This document shows positions 50,618 to 59,234 of a stretch of DNA of 64,000 nucleotides, one piece after another. The DNA is from Halorussus marinus. GTDB taxonomy: Archaea; Halobacteriota; Halobacteria; Halobacteriales; Haladaptataceae. How positions within the stretch are numbered: position 1 is the first letter of the stretch; each line of letters begins with the position of its first letter. A program made the position numbers and the translations under genes. The DNA lies in contig NZ_SBIV01000009.1 of the NCBI RefSeq assembly GCF_004765795.1, positions 62,001 to 126,000 of the forward strand. The letters are read 5' to 3'. Under the pieces are notes generated by a model. That model did not search any database. It was not told where the DNA came from and worked only from the letters and a program-made list of their open reading frames with translations.

Positions 50618-51675
50618 AGGTCCTGACCGTGGTCGGGGCCCGACCGCAGTTCATCAAGGCCGCCGCGGTCTCGCGCGAGCTTCGCGAGCGCCACGAGGAG
50701 GTGCTGGTCCACACCGGCCAACACTACGACGAGGAGATGTCGGACGTGTTCTTCGAGGAACTGGGGATCCCGGAGCCCGACGCCAACCTCGGGGTCGGGT
50801 CCGACGACCACGGCGCCCAGACCGCCGAGATGCTGGTCGGGCTCGAAGACCTGATCGCCAGCGAGCGACCGGACGCGGTGCTCGTCTACGGCGACACCAA
50901 CTCCACGCTCGCGGCGGCGATCGCCGCCGCGAAGATGGACCCCGCGCTGGCGCACGTCGAGGCCGGGCTCCGGAGCTACAACCGCGAGATGCCCGAGGAG
51001 ATAAACCGGGTCCTGACCGACCACGCCGCAGACCGGCTGTTCGCGCCCTCCGCGCGTGCGGTCGAGAACCTCGCCGCCGAGGGCGTGACCGACGGGGTCC
51101 GGGACACCGGCGACGTGATGTACGACGCGGTGCTGTGGGCGCGCGACCGGGCGACCGACCGCTCTACGGTCCTCGACGATCTCGGAGTCGACCCCGGCGA
51201 GTACGTGCTTGCGACGGTCCACCGCGCGGCCAACACCGACGACCCCGACCGGCTCGCGGCCGTGCTCGACGCGCTGGCCGCCGACTCTCGCGAGGTGGTG
51301 TTCCCGGCCCACCCACGGACAGTAAACCGTATGCGCGAATACGGACTCTACGACGAGGCGCGCGACCGACTCACGCTCACCGATCCGGTGGGGTACCTCG
51401 ACTTCGTGCGCCTGCAGGACGCGGCGGCCGTCGTCGCGACCGACTCCGGGGGCGTCCAGAAGGAGGCGTTCTTCCTCGATACGCCCTGCGTGACGATGCG
51501 CGAGGAGACCGAGTGGCGCGAGACCGTCGCCGCGGGCTGGAACACCCTCGTGGGCGCCGACGGCGAGGCCATCAGCCGGGCGCTCGCGAGCGCCGACCCG
51601 CCGGCGGACAAGCCCCAGCCGTACGGCGACGGCACCGCCGCGGCGGCCATCGTCGACGGATTAGACGATGTCTGA
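50614..51675 (+). CDS. Non-hydrolysing UDP-N-acetylhexosamine 2-epimerase (WecB/WbpI-like)
   Basis: GARPQFIK, HTGQHYD, GDTNS, HVEAGLRS and TDSGGVQKEA motifs. Confidence 0.93.
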   Translation: MKVLTVVGARPQFIKAAAVSRELRERHEEVLVHTGQHYDEEMSDVFFEELGIPEPDANLGVGSDDHGAQTAEMLVGLEDLIASERPDAVLVYGDTNSTLAAAIAAAKMDPALAHVEAGLRSYNREMPEEINRVLTDHAADRLFAPSARAVENLAAEGVTDGVRDTGDVMYDAVLWARDRATDRSTVLDDLGVDPGEYVLATVHRAANTDDPDRLAAVLDALAADSREVVFPAHPRTVNRMREYGLYDEARDRLTLTDPVGYLDFVRLQDAAAVVATDSGGVQKEAFFLDTPCVTMREETEWRETVAAGWNTLVGADGEAISRALASADPPADKPQPYGDGTAAAAIVDGLDDV

Positions 51676-52699
51676 GCCGACGTCGGCGCCGATGCCCGGT
51701 GGCGCCGAGTTCGTCCTCCTGCTGACCCACGACGTCGACCGGCCGTACAAGTCGGTGCAGGCGCTCTATCACGCGGTCGAGCGCCGAGACCTGGGCCAGC
51801 TCCGGTCGCTTGTCCCCGGAACCAACCCGTGGTGGCAGTTCGAGGAGATCAGGGAGTTAGAGGCGTCGCTCGGGGTGCGGTCGGCGTTTTACTTCCTCCG
51901 GGAGAGACGCCTGCTCGAACGCGAGCCGAGCGACTGGCTCGATCCCTTCTACTGGATCGAGCACGTCGGACGCTACGATTTTACGGCCCCCGAGATGCGA
52001 GATCTCCTCGCCGAACTCGACGAGGGCGGCTGGGAGGTCGGCCTCCACGGCTCGTACGACTCCTACGACGACCCCGACCGGCTCCAGCGCGAGAAGGCGC
52101 TGCTGGAGGCGGCGCTGGGGGGGTCGGTCGCGGGCGGGCGCCAGCACCACCTGAACCGGGGGCCCGAGACGTGGCGCCATCACCGCGAGATCGGACTGCG
52201 ATACGACGCCACGCCGGGGTCGAGCACCGAGTACGGGTTCGAGCGGGGCTACGAACCGCTCCGGCCGTTCGACGACGAGTTCGTCGTGTTCCCGCTCACC
52301 CTGATGGAGGCCGCGCTCCCGGACCCCGGCGAACAGTTCGACCGGGCGTGGGCGGCGTGTGCGGATCTGCTCGCGGAAGCCGACGACAACGACGCCGTGA
52401 TGACGGTGCTGTGGCACCCGCGGCTGTTCACCGAGCGGGACTTCCCCGGCTACCGGTCGCTCTATCGGCGCCTCGTCGAGACCGCCCTCGAAATGGGCGC
52501 GTGGGTCGGCCCGCCGGGCGAGTACTACGAACTGCTCGACCACCCCGACGGATCGGCGTCCGGCGCCGAGTCCGACCGCCCGAACGGCGCGAACGCCGAC
52601 GACCGCGCGGGCCGCGGTGAGGGGCAGGGCGGCCCTACCTCGGGACAGGCGGGGGATAACAAAGTGAAAACCGCCGCTAATCGGGAGCCAACAGGATGA
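51668..52699 (+). CDS. Polysaccharide deacetylase family protein
   Basis: LTHDVD, EVGLHGS, GGRQHHL and VLWHP motifs; low-complexity C-terminal tail. Confidence 0.85.
   Translation: MSEPTSAPMPGGAEFVLLLTHDVDRPYKSVQALYHAVERRDLGQLRSLVPGTNPWWQFEEIRELEASLGVRSAFYFLRERRLLEREPSDWLDPFYWIEHVGRYDFTAPEMRDLLAELDEGGWEVGLHGSYDSYDDPDRLQREKALLEAALGGSVAGGRQHHLNRGPETWRHHREIGLRYDATPGSSTEYGFERGYEPLRPFDDEFVVFPLTLMEAALPDPGEQFDRAWAACADLLAEADDNDAVMTVLWHPRLFTERDFPGYRSLYRRLVETALEMGAWVGPPGEYYELLDHPDGSASGAESDRPNGANADDRAGRGEGQGGPTSGQAGDNKVKTAANREPTG
52646..52664 (+). promoter_or_regulatory. Glycan-island motif inside the deacetylase 3' end
   Basis: CAGGCGGGGGATAACAAAG; the box begins 40 nt before ATG 52696. Confidence 0.7.
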
Positions 52700-53778
52700 G
52701 AGTCGAGCAACTCGAACTGTCCGAGTGGGAGTCGGCGCTGCCGAGCGACGGCTTCGAGGTCTTCCACCTGCCCGAGGCCCTGACCGTGATCGAGCGCCAC
52801 ACCGACGCGGAGATGAAGCTGTTCGGCGGCTTCAAGGGCCAACAGCCCATCGCGCTGTTGCCCGCGTTCGTCCGCGAGCGGTCGGTCGGGACCGCCGTGA
52901 CGTCGCCGCCGCCGGGACTCGGCATCCCGCGGCTCGGCCCGATCATGATGCCCACCAGCCCGAAGCGGCGCAAGCAGGAGAAAGTCAACCAGGAGTTCAC
53001 CGAGAAGGTGCTCGCGCAGGTCGGCACCGACCTCGGGCTCGACGAGCGCCTCGCCGACGCGGGCGTCGAATCGCCGGTGGCCGAGTCGGTGCTCGATCGG
53101 CTCGACGTCGACTCGCGGCTGACGCTCTTCCGGATGATCTGTAACGCCGACTACGCGGACCCCCGGCCGTACGCGTGGGGGAGCCTCCGGGTCGAGCCCA
53201 ACTTCACGTACTTCCTCGATCTGAGCGGTCGAGACGCCGAGGCCGTCCGCAACTCCTTCTCGAAGAGCCTCCGGCGGGAGATCCGCGACGCCGAGGCGCT
53301 CGACGTGAGCGTCGACACCGAGGGGCTGGCGGGCGCTCGGGACGTGTTCCGGGCGACCCGGCGGCGGTACGCCGAGCAAGACGAGCCGTTCACCCAGTCG
53401 TGGGCGTACGTCCGGAGCCTCTTCGAGGCGCTTGACGACCGCGCGCGGGCGTACGTCGCCCGCGGTCCCGACGGCGAGTACCTCTCGGGGATCACCGCCC
53501 TCTACTCGAACGACGCGGCGTACTTCTGGCAGGGCGGCGCGAAGGCGATCTACGAGGGAACCGCGGTCAACAGCCTGATCCACTGGCGGCTCATCGAGGA
53601 TATCATCGAGGACCCGCCGGTCGAGTCGGTCGACACCTACGACCTGATGGGCGCGAACACCGAGCGGCTCTGTCGGTACAAGGCGAAGTTCGGCGCCGAC
53701 CTCGTCCCCTACTACGTGGTCGAGTCGTCGGGCGCGGCGATGGACGTCGCCAAACGGGCCTATCAGCTGGTCCAGTAA
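52696..53778 (+). CDS. FemABX-like GNAT, paralog 2
   Basis: SFSKSLRREIR, YFWQGG and YDLMGAN...YKAKFG motifs. Confidence 0.8.
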   Translation: MRVEQLELSEWESALPSDGFEVFHLPEALTVIERHTDAEMKLFGGFKGQQPIALLPAFVRERSVGTAVTSPPPGLGIPRLGPIMMPTSPKRRKQEKVNQEFTEKVLAQVGTDLGLDERLADAGVESPVAESVLDRLDVDSRLTLFRMICNADYADPRPYAWGSLRVEPNFTYFLDLSGRDAEAVRNSFSKSLRREIRDAEALDVSVDTEGLAGARDVFRATRRRYAEQDEPFTQSWAYVRSLFEALDDRARAYVARGPDGEYLSGITALYSNDAAYFWQGGAKAIYEGTAVNSLIHWRLIEDIIEDPPVESVDTYDLMGANTERLCRYKAKFGADLVPYYVVESSGAAMDVAKRAYQLVQ

Positions 53779-53845
53779 CGAACTCGACAGTCGCTCGCGA
53801 GCGTCCGTTTTCTCGCCGGCGCAGTTTCCGGCCGGAAGCGGCCGG

Positions 53846-54013
53846 CTACGCCATCTCGGCGATCTCGACGCCGGCGTCGGATTCGAGCCACGCGGCGTGG
53901 TTCCGGGTGTCGTAGACGACGACCCGGCCCTCGCCGTCGGTGAACGCGGCGTAGCGGTCGGTCTCGGGGCGGTTCTCCCGTCGGTCGTTCTCGCCGTCGT
54001 ACTTGGTGGTCAT
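53846..54013 (-). CDS. Small acidic protein (55 aa), absent from the ORF track
   Basis: Manual translation MTTKYDGENDRRENRPETDRYAAFTDGEGRVVVYDTRNHAAWLESDAGVEIAEMA*. Confidence 0.7.
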   Translation of the reverse strand: MTTKYDGENDRRENRPETDRYAAFTDGEGRVVVYDTRNHAAWLESDAGVEIAEMA

Positions 54014-54141
54014 TGGATTCGCTCGCTGTGTCCCCGTTAGTGGGTTTCTATGAGTAACTCAGGGTCGAGGACTGATAAGTATTAGCACGGTGTGGAAACT
54101 CGCCCCACTGCCGTGTCCGCTTTTCGGAGCCTATCGGTCTA

Positions 54142-54160
54142 CAGGCGCCCCATAACAAAG
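54142..54160 (+). promoter_or_regulatory. Glycan-island motif
   Basis: CAGGCGCCCCATAACAAAG; the box begins 50 nt before ATG 54202. Confidence 0.75.
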
Positions 54161-54201
54161 CCCCGAGACGGGCACGGTTCGACGTACCTACCGCTCTCAC
54201 C

Positions 54202-55995
54202 ATGGATTCGGACACCCACGCCTCCCGAACGCGGGAGAAAGTGACACTCCTCGTCGGTTTCGCGTCGCTCGCCGCGGCGGTGGCCATCGCCCACCGGTCG
54301 CCGCCGTCGGCGTACGAGCTGTCGATCTACGCCGGGACCCCGGCGGCGTTCTGGGTCGGTGCGGGCGCCGGTCTCGTCGCGTCGGTGTTCGTCTCGCTGA
54401 CCGGACGGGGCCGGCGTCGACGGCTCGGGCTGGTCCTCGGCGGAGTCACCGCGCTCGCGATCGCCTCGCTGCCCGTGATCCGGTCGTACCACTTCTACGG
54501 CGCCGGCGACTCGCTCACTCACCTCGGATGGGCGAAAGACATCGCGGCCGGCCGGCTCTCGGTACTGGAGTTTCTCTACCCCGGGGTCCACACGATCGCG
54601 GTGATGATCGGCGACGTGACCGGGATGGCGCTGTCGCGCGCGCTGCTCGTGACGGTGGTGGCGTTCACCGCGGTGTTCGTGGTCTTCGTCCCGCTCGCGA
54701 CGTGGGCGATGACCCGGGACCGCCGCGCCACCGCGGTCGCGGCCCTGTCGTCGTTTCTCTTCTTGCCCGTAAACAACCTCAGCGTCTTCGAGATGGCCCA
54801 TCCGACCTCTCAGGCCATCATGTTCCTGCCGCTGGTGCTGTATCTGCTTGCCCGGTACGTGACCCGCGCCGACCGCGGGGGCCTGCCGATCGGGACCCCG
54901 ACGGGCGTGCTCGCGGCGCTCGCGTCGGTCGCGATCCTGCTGGTCCACCCCCAGCAGGCCGCCAACGTGGTGGTCGTGTTCGGCGCGGTGCTCGGAATCC
55001 AGTTGCTCTCGCGGTGGCTCGGGACGCCGGCCGCCGACCACAAGCTTCTGGGCTTCCAGACCGCCTTCGTGGCGGCGGCGTTCCTGCTGTGGGCGCCCCG
55101 CCACGACCGAGCGTCGGGTGCCACCTCCTCGCTGGTCGAGATGCTACTGAGCGGATCCGAGATAGCCGGCGACGTCGGCGCGCAGGCGCTGTCGGTGTCT
55201 GCCATCGGCGGGAGCGTCGCGGTGCTCTTTCTGAAGCTCTTTCTGGTGAGTCTCGTGTTCGCCGCCCTCACCGCACTGCTGGTCTTCGACGGGCTCCGGG
55301 GCGGGCTCGAAGACCCCGACGCCAACGCCTTCGTCCGGTACTTCGGGGTCGGACTGATCCCGCTTCTGGGGCTTTTCGCGGCGTTCCTGCTCGTGAGCTA
55401 CGCCGGGCTCCACTTCCGCCAGCTCGGGTTCGTGATGGTGCTCGGGACGATACTGGGCGCGCTCGCGATCGCCCGGGCCATCGAAACGCTTTCGACCCGG
55501 TTCTCGGCGGGAACCGCGAGGGCCGCGGTCGGCGTGGTCTTCGTCGTGATGCTGGCGCTCTCGGTCCCGACGCTATATCAGTCTCCGTACATGTATCAGG
55601 GGTCGGGCCACGTCACGCAGGCCCAGATGACCGGCTACGAACACTCGTTCGAGTACGCCGGCGACCCGTCGTTCTTCGGAATCAGAGGCACCGGCGAGCG
55701 GTACGCGGACGGCACGCTCGGCTTCGAGGCGAGCCGAGAGCGTGCGCCCACCGCCGGGAGCCTCTACGCGAACACGAACGCCACCGGCGAGAACTTCACC
55801 GGATCGTACATCGCCGCCAACCTCGGGGAGCGGTACCTCGCGTTCACCGACGCGACGCGCCAACAGGACGTGGCGGTGTATCGCGAACTCCGGTTCTCGG
55901 CGGCGGGCTTCCGGTCGCTCGACGCCACGCCGGGGATCGACCGCGTGCGGGCCAACCCCGACGCACAGACGTACCTGATCAACGGGACGCGATAG
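54202..55995 (+). CDS. Polytopic membrane protein, possible GT-C-type transferase or polymerase
   Basis: Around 12 or more TM segments; GDSLTHLG loop motif and YPGVH; directly upstream of the flippase. Confidence 0.6.
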   Translation: MDSDTHASRTREKVTLLVGFASLAAAVAIAHRSPPSAYELSIYAGTPAAFWVGAGAGLVASVFVSLTGRGRRRRLGLVLGGVTALAIASLPVIRSYHFYGAGDSLTHLGWAKDIAAGRLSVLEFLYPGVHTIAVMIGDVTGMALSRALLVTVVAFTAVFVVFVPLATWAMTRDRRATAVAALSSFLFLPVNNLSVFEMAHPTSQAIMFLPLVLYLLARYVTRADRGGLPIGTPTGVLAALASVAILLVHPQQAANVVVVFGAVLGIQLLSRWLGTPAADHKLLGFQTAFVAAAFLLWAPRHDRASGATSSLVEMLLSGSEIAGDVGAQALSVSAIGGSVAVLFLKLFLVSLVFAALTALLVFDGLRGGLEDPDANAFVRYFGVGLIPLLGLFAAFLLVSYAGLHFRQLGFVMVLGTILGALAIARAIETLSTRFSAGTARAAVGVVFVVMLALSVPTLYQSPYMYQGSGHVTQAQMTGYEHSFEYAGDPSFFGIRGTGERYADGTLGFEASRERAPTAGSLYANTNATGENFTGSYIAANLGERYLAFTDATRQQDVAVYRELRFSAAGFRSLDATPGIDRVRANPDAQTYLINGTR

Positions 55996-55996
55996 G

Positions 55997-57463
55997 ATGG
56001 ACCTCAAACGCATCTCCCGCGGGCTCAAGGCGACGTTCGGCGCGCGAGTCATCTACATGGCCGCGAGCGGACTGTTGACGCTCGTTCTGACCCGGTTTCT
56101 CCTCTCTAACGAGCAGTACGGCCTGCTCGGCTCGGCGGTCGCGGTGCTCGGCGTCGCCCAGCTGTTCGGCGACCTCGGCATCGCCAAATCGGCCGCCAAG
56201 TACGTGACCGAGTACCGCGAGAAAGACCCCGGACAAGCGCCCCACGTCCTCCGGGCCGCGGTGGTCTTCCGACTCGCCGCGGCGGGGGTCGTCGCCGGCG
56301 CGTTCCTCGCGTTCGGCGGCCCCATCGCGTCGCTGGTCGGCCAGCCCGAGATCGAACCCCTGCTCGCGCTCGGGGCCGGCTACATCGTGGTCCACTCGCT
56401 TTTCACCTTCTCGCAGGTCGTCTTCCAGGGATACAACCGGGTGAGCTACAGCGCGCTCGTTCAGGCGACCGGCGCGGCCGCCCGGCTCGTGCTCGCGGTC
56501 GCGGGGGTCGTCCTCGTCGGCGGCGCGGTCGGCGCCATGGCCGGCTACGTCGCGGGGTACGGGCTCGCGGCCGCGCTCGGGCTCGGGCTCCTGTACGCCA
56601 AGTGTTACCGGGGCGTCGAGGCCACCGCCGACCCCGAGCCCGGACTCGTCGGTCGGATGCTCCGGTACAGCGTGCCCCTGACCGCGACCCGAGGCGCGAA
56701 CGTCCTCGACAAGCGGGTCGACACCATCCTGGTCGGATACTTCATGACGCCGGTGGCGGTCGGCTACTACTACCTCGCCAAACAGATCGTCGGGTTCGTC
56801 CAGACCCCGGCGGCGTCGCTCGGATTTACGCTCTCGCCGACCTACGGCGAGGAGAAGGCCAACGGCGACACCGACCGGGCGGCCCGACTCTACGAGACCG
56901 CCCTCGAACACACGCTTTTGTTCTACGTGCCGGCCGCGGCCGGCATCGTGCTGGTCGCCGAGCCCGCGATCAGGCTGGTGTTCGGCGAAAGCTACGTCGG
57001 AGCGGCGCCCGTGCTCCAGGTGTTCTCTGGGTACGTCGTCCTCCAGGCGGTCGCGTTCATCACCAGCGACGCGCTCGATTTCCTCGGGCGGGCCCGGTCG
57101 CGGGCCTACGCGAAGGGGCTGACCTCGGTCGGGAACTTCCTGCTCAACCTCGTTCTCATCCCGGCGTACGGCGTCGCGGGCGCGGCGGCCGCGACGGTCG
57201 TGACGTTCGCGGGCTACACCGCGGTCAACGTCTGGGTCATCCACAGCGAGCTGTCGCTGTCGGTCGGCCGGCTCGTCCGCCACCTCGCGGCGACCGTCGG
57301 GGTCGCGGCCGCGATGTCGGTCGCGGTGGCGCTCGTGTTGACCGCCACGACGGGCGCGTTCGCGGTGGTCGCCGCGATCGCACTCGGAGTCGCGGTCTGG
57401 GCGGGGCTGTCGGTCGCCGGCGGGCTGGTCGATCCCGGACGGGTCACCGCCATCCTCTCGTGA
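55997..57463 (+). CDS. Polysaccharide flippase (Wzx/MOP family)
   Basis: QYGLL, DLGI..SAAKY, DTILVGYF..VGYY and LNLVLIPAYGVAGAA motifs. Confidence 0.9.
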   Translation: MDLKRISRGLKATFGARVIYMAASGLLTLVLTRFLLSNEQYGLLGSAVAVLGVAQLFGDLGIAKSAAKYVTEYREKDPGQAPHVLRAAVVFRLAAAGVVAGAFLAFGGPIASLVGQPEIEPLLALGAGYIVVHSLFTFSQVVFQGYNRVSYSALVQATGAAARLVLAVAGVVLVGGAVGAMAGYVAGYGLAAALGLGLLYAKCYRGVEATADPEPGLVGRMLRYSVPLTATRGANVLDKRVDTILVGYFMTPVAVGYYYLAKQIVGFVQTPAASLGFTLSPTYGEEKANGDTDRAARLYETALEHTLLFYVPAAAGIVLVAEPAIRLVFGESYVGAAPVLQVFSGYVVLQAVAFITSDALDFLGRARSRAYAKGLTSVGNFLLNLVLIPAYGVAGAAAATVVTFAGYTAVNVWVIHSELSLSVGRLVRHLAATVGVAAAMSVAVALVLTATTGAFAVVAAIALGVAVWAGLSVAGGLVDPGRVTAILS

Positions 57464-57550
57464 GTCGACCGAGCCCCACACCGCCCGAGCCGACGGTCGG
57501 GTCGGCGGTACGCCCCGCGTAAATCCCCGCAGAACGCGCGTACGGCCCCG

Positions 57551-57569
57551 AAGACGGGCCATAACAAAG
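57551..57569 (+). promoter_or_regulatory. Glycan-island motif
   Basis: AAGACGGGCCATAACAAAG; the box begins 66 nt before ATG 57627. Confidence 0.72.
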
Positions 57570-57626
57570 GCCGACCCGCCCCTCGGTTGCGGCGAGCGGC
57601 GGGTTCGACGCCCGCAGTACACAACT

Positions 57627-59216
57627 ATGTCCATGGAAACCTCTGATCCGAACCGAGCGTTCGTGCTCGGCCTCGACGGCGTCCCGTGGTCGCTCGTCGA
57701 GGGATGGGTCGACGACGGCGAGCTACCGAACTTCGGCCGCCTCCTCGCGGAGGGCGCGGCCGGACCGCTCGAGAGCACGATGCCCCCGACCACGGCGCTC
57801 GCGTGGCCCACCATCGCCACCGGGACGTGGGCCGACAAGCACGGCGTCTACTCCTTCCGGGAGGTCCAGTCTGACTACACCAACCGGATGAACACGAGCA
57901 ACGACGTCTCGCGGCCCGAGCTCTGGGATCTCCTCGCGCCCGCGGTGGTCGCGAACGTCCCGATGACCTACCCCGCCGACGACGTCGACGGGCGAGTCGT
58001 CACCGGGATGATGACCCCCGAGATCGGCGAGGGGTTCACACAGCCGCCCGCGCTGGCCGAGGAGATCGCCGACCGGATCCCCGACTACGACGTCGGACTG
58101 TCGTGGGAGGAGTACCGCGACGACACCGAGGGGTTTCGGGCCGACCTCGACGAGCTGGTCGAAGCCCGCCGGGCGCTGTTGGACCTGCTGATGGAGACCG
58201 ACGACTGGCGGCTGTTTTTCTTCGTGTTCACCGCGCCCGACCGGCTCCAGCACCTCGTCTGGGACGAGGAGGTGCTCCTCGATCACTACCGCGACCTCGA
58301 CGACGCGCTCGGGGACGTCCTCGACTACGTCGCCGACCGCGACGCGAACCTCTACGTGGTCTCGGACCACGGCTTCGGGCCGGTCGACACCTACGTCCAC
58401 ACCAACACGTTCCTCGAACGCGAGGGGTATCTCACCCGGAAGGGCGGGTCTGGCCGGGGCACGCTCGAACGCCTCGGGCTCACCAAAGACCGGATCAGGG
58501 GCGCTATCTCCTCGGTCGGCATCGACGAGCGGGCGCTGTACGACCACCTCCCCGACGCGCTGGTCGACTCGCTCGCCTCTCAAGTCCCGGGAACCCACGA
58601 GCTCTACGACGTCGAGTTCTCCGAGACGGTCGCGTTCACCCACGGCGCGGGCAACTTATTCGTCAACGACACCGAGCGCTTCGAGGAGGGCGTGGTCGCG
58701 CCCGACGATATCCCGGCGGTCAAAGCCGAGATCCGATCCCGGCTCGAAGGCCTCACCGATCCCAAGACCGACGAGCCGGTGTTGAACGTCTACGACGGCG
58801 ACGACGTGTTCGAGACCGACCCCGAGAGCCCCGACCTCGTGGTTCGGGCCGACGAAGATGCGGGGTATCTGGTCGGCAACTCGCTGACCGACGAGGTGTT
58901 CCGCGAGAGTCGGATGGCCGCCAGCCACCGGGCCGAGGGCGTCTTCTTCGCGTGGGGCCCCTCTATCGAGGCCGGCGCGCGCCCCGACGGCGCCACGGTC
59001 GCCGACGTTGCCCCGACCGTGCTCCACGGCGTCGGCGAACCGGTGCCGGCGGACGCCGACGGCCGGGTGCTCGCGGAGATCTTCGACGCCGACGCGGCCG
59101 CCGGGCGAACTCGCCCGAGCGAGCGCGACTACGCCGACCGAGAGAGCGCCCAAGCGGTCGAGGCCGACTTCGAGGACGTGGAGTCCCGACTCAAAGGCCT
59201 CGGCTATATGGAGTAA
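57627..59216 (+). CDS. Alkaline phosphatase superfamily (NPP-type) protein, paralog 3
   Basis: GLDG, PPTTALAWPTIATG, DRLQH, SDHGFG and SHR motifs; RLKGLGY. Confidence 0.88.
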   Translation: MSMETSDPNRAFVLGLDGVPWSLVEGWVDDGELPNFGRLLAEGAAGPLESTMPPTTALAWPTIATGTWADKHGVYSFREVQSDYTNRMNTSNDVSRPELWDLLAPAVVANVPMTYPADDVDGRVVTGMMTPEIGEGFTQPPALAEEIADRIPDYDVGLSWEEYRDDTEGFRADLDELVEARRALLDLLMETDDWRLFFFVFTAPDRLQHLVWDEEVLLDHYRDLDDALGDVLDYVADRDANLYVVSDHGFGPVDTYVHTNTFLEREGYLTRKGGSGRGTLERLGLTKDRIRGAISSVGIDERALYDHLPDALVDSLASQVPGTHELYDVEFSETVAFTHGAGNLFVNDTERFEEGVVAPDDIPAVKAEIRSRLEGLTDPKTDEPVLNVYDGDDVFETDPESPDLVVRADEDAGYLVGNSLTDEVFRESRMAASHRAEGVFFAWGPSIEAGARPDGATVADVAPTVLHGVGEPVPADADGRVLAEIFDADAAAGRTRPSERDYADRESAQAVEADFEDVESRLKGLGYME

Positions 59217-59234
59217 GAGCGCGGAGTCAGACCC

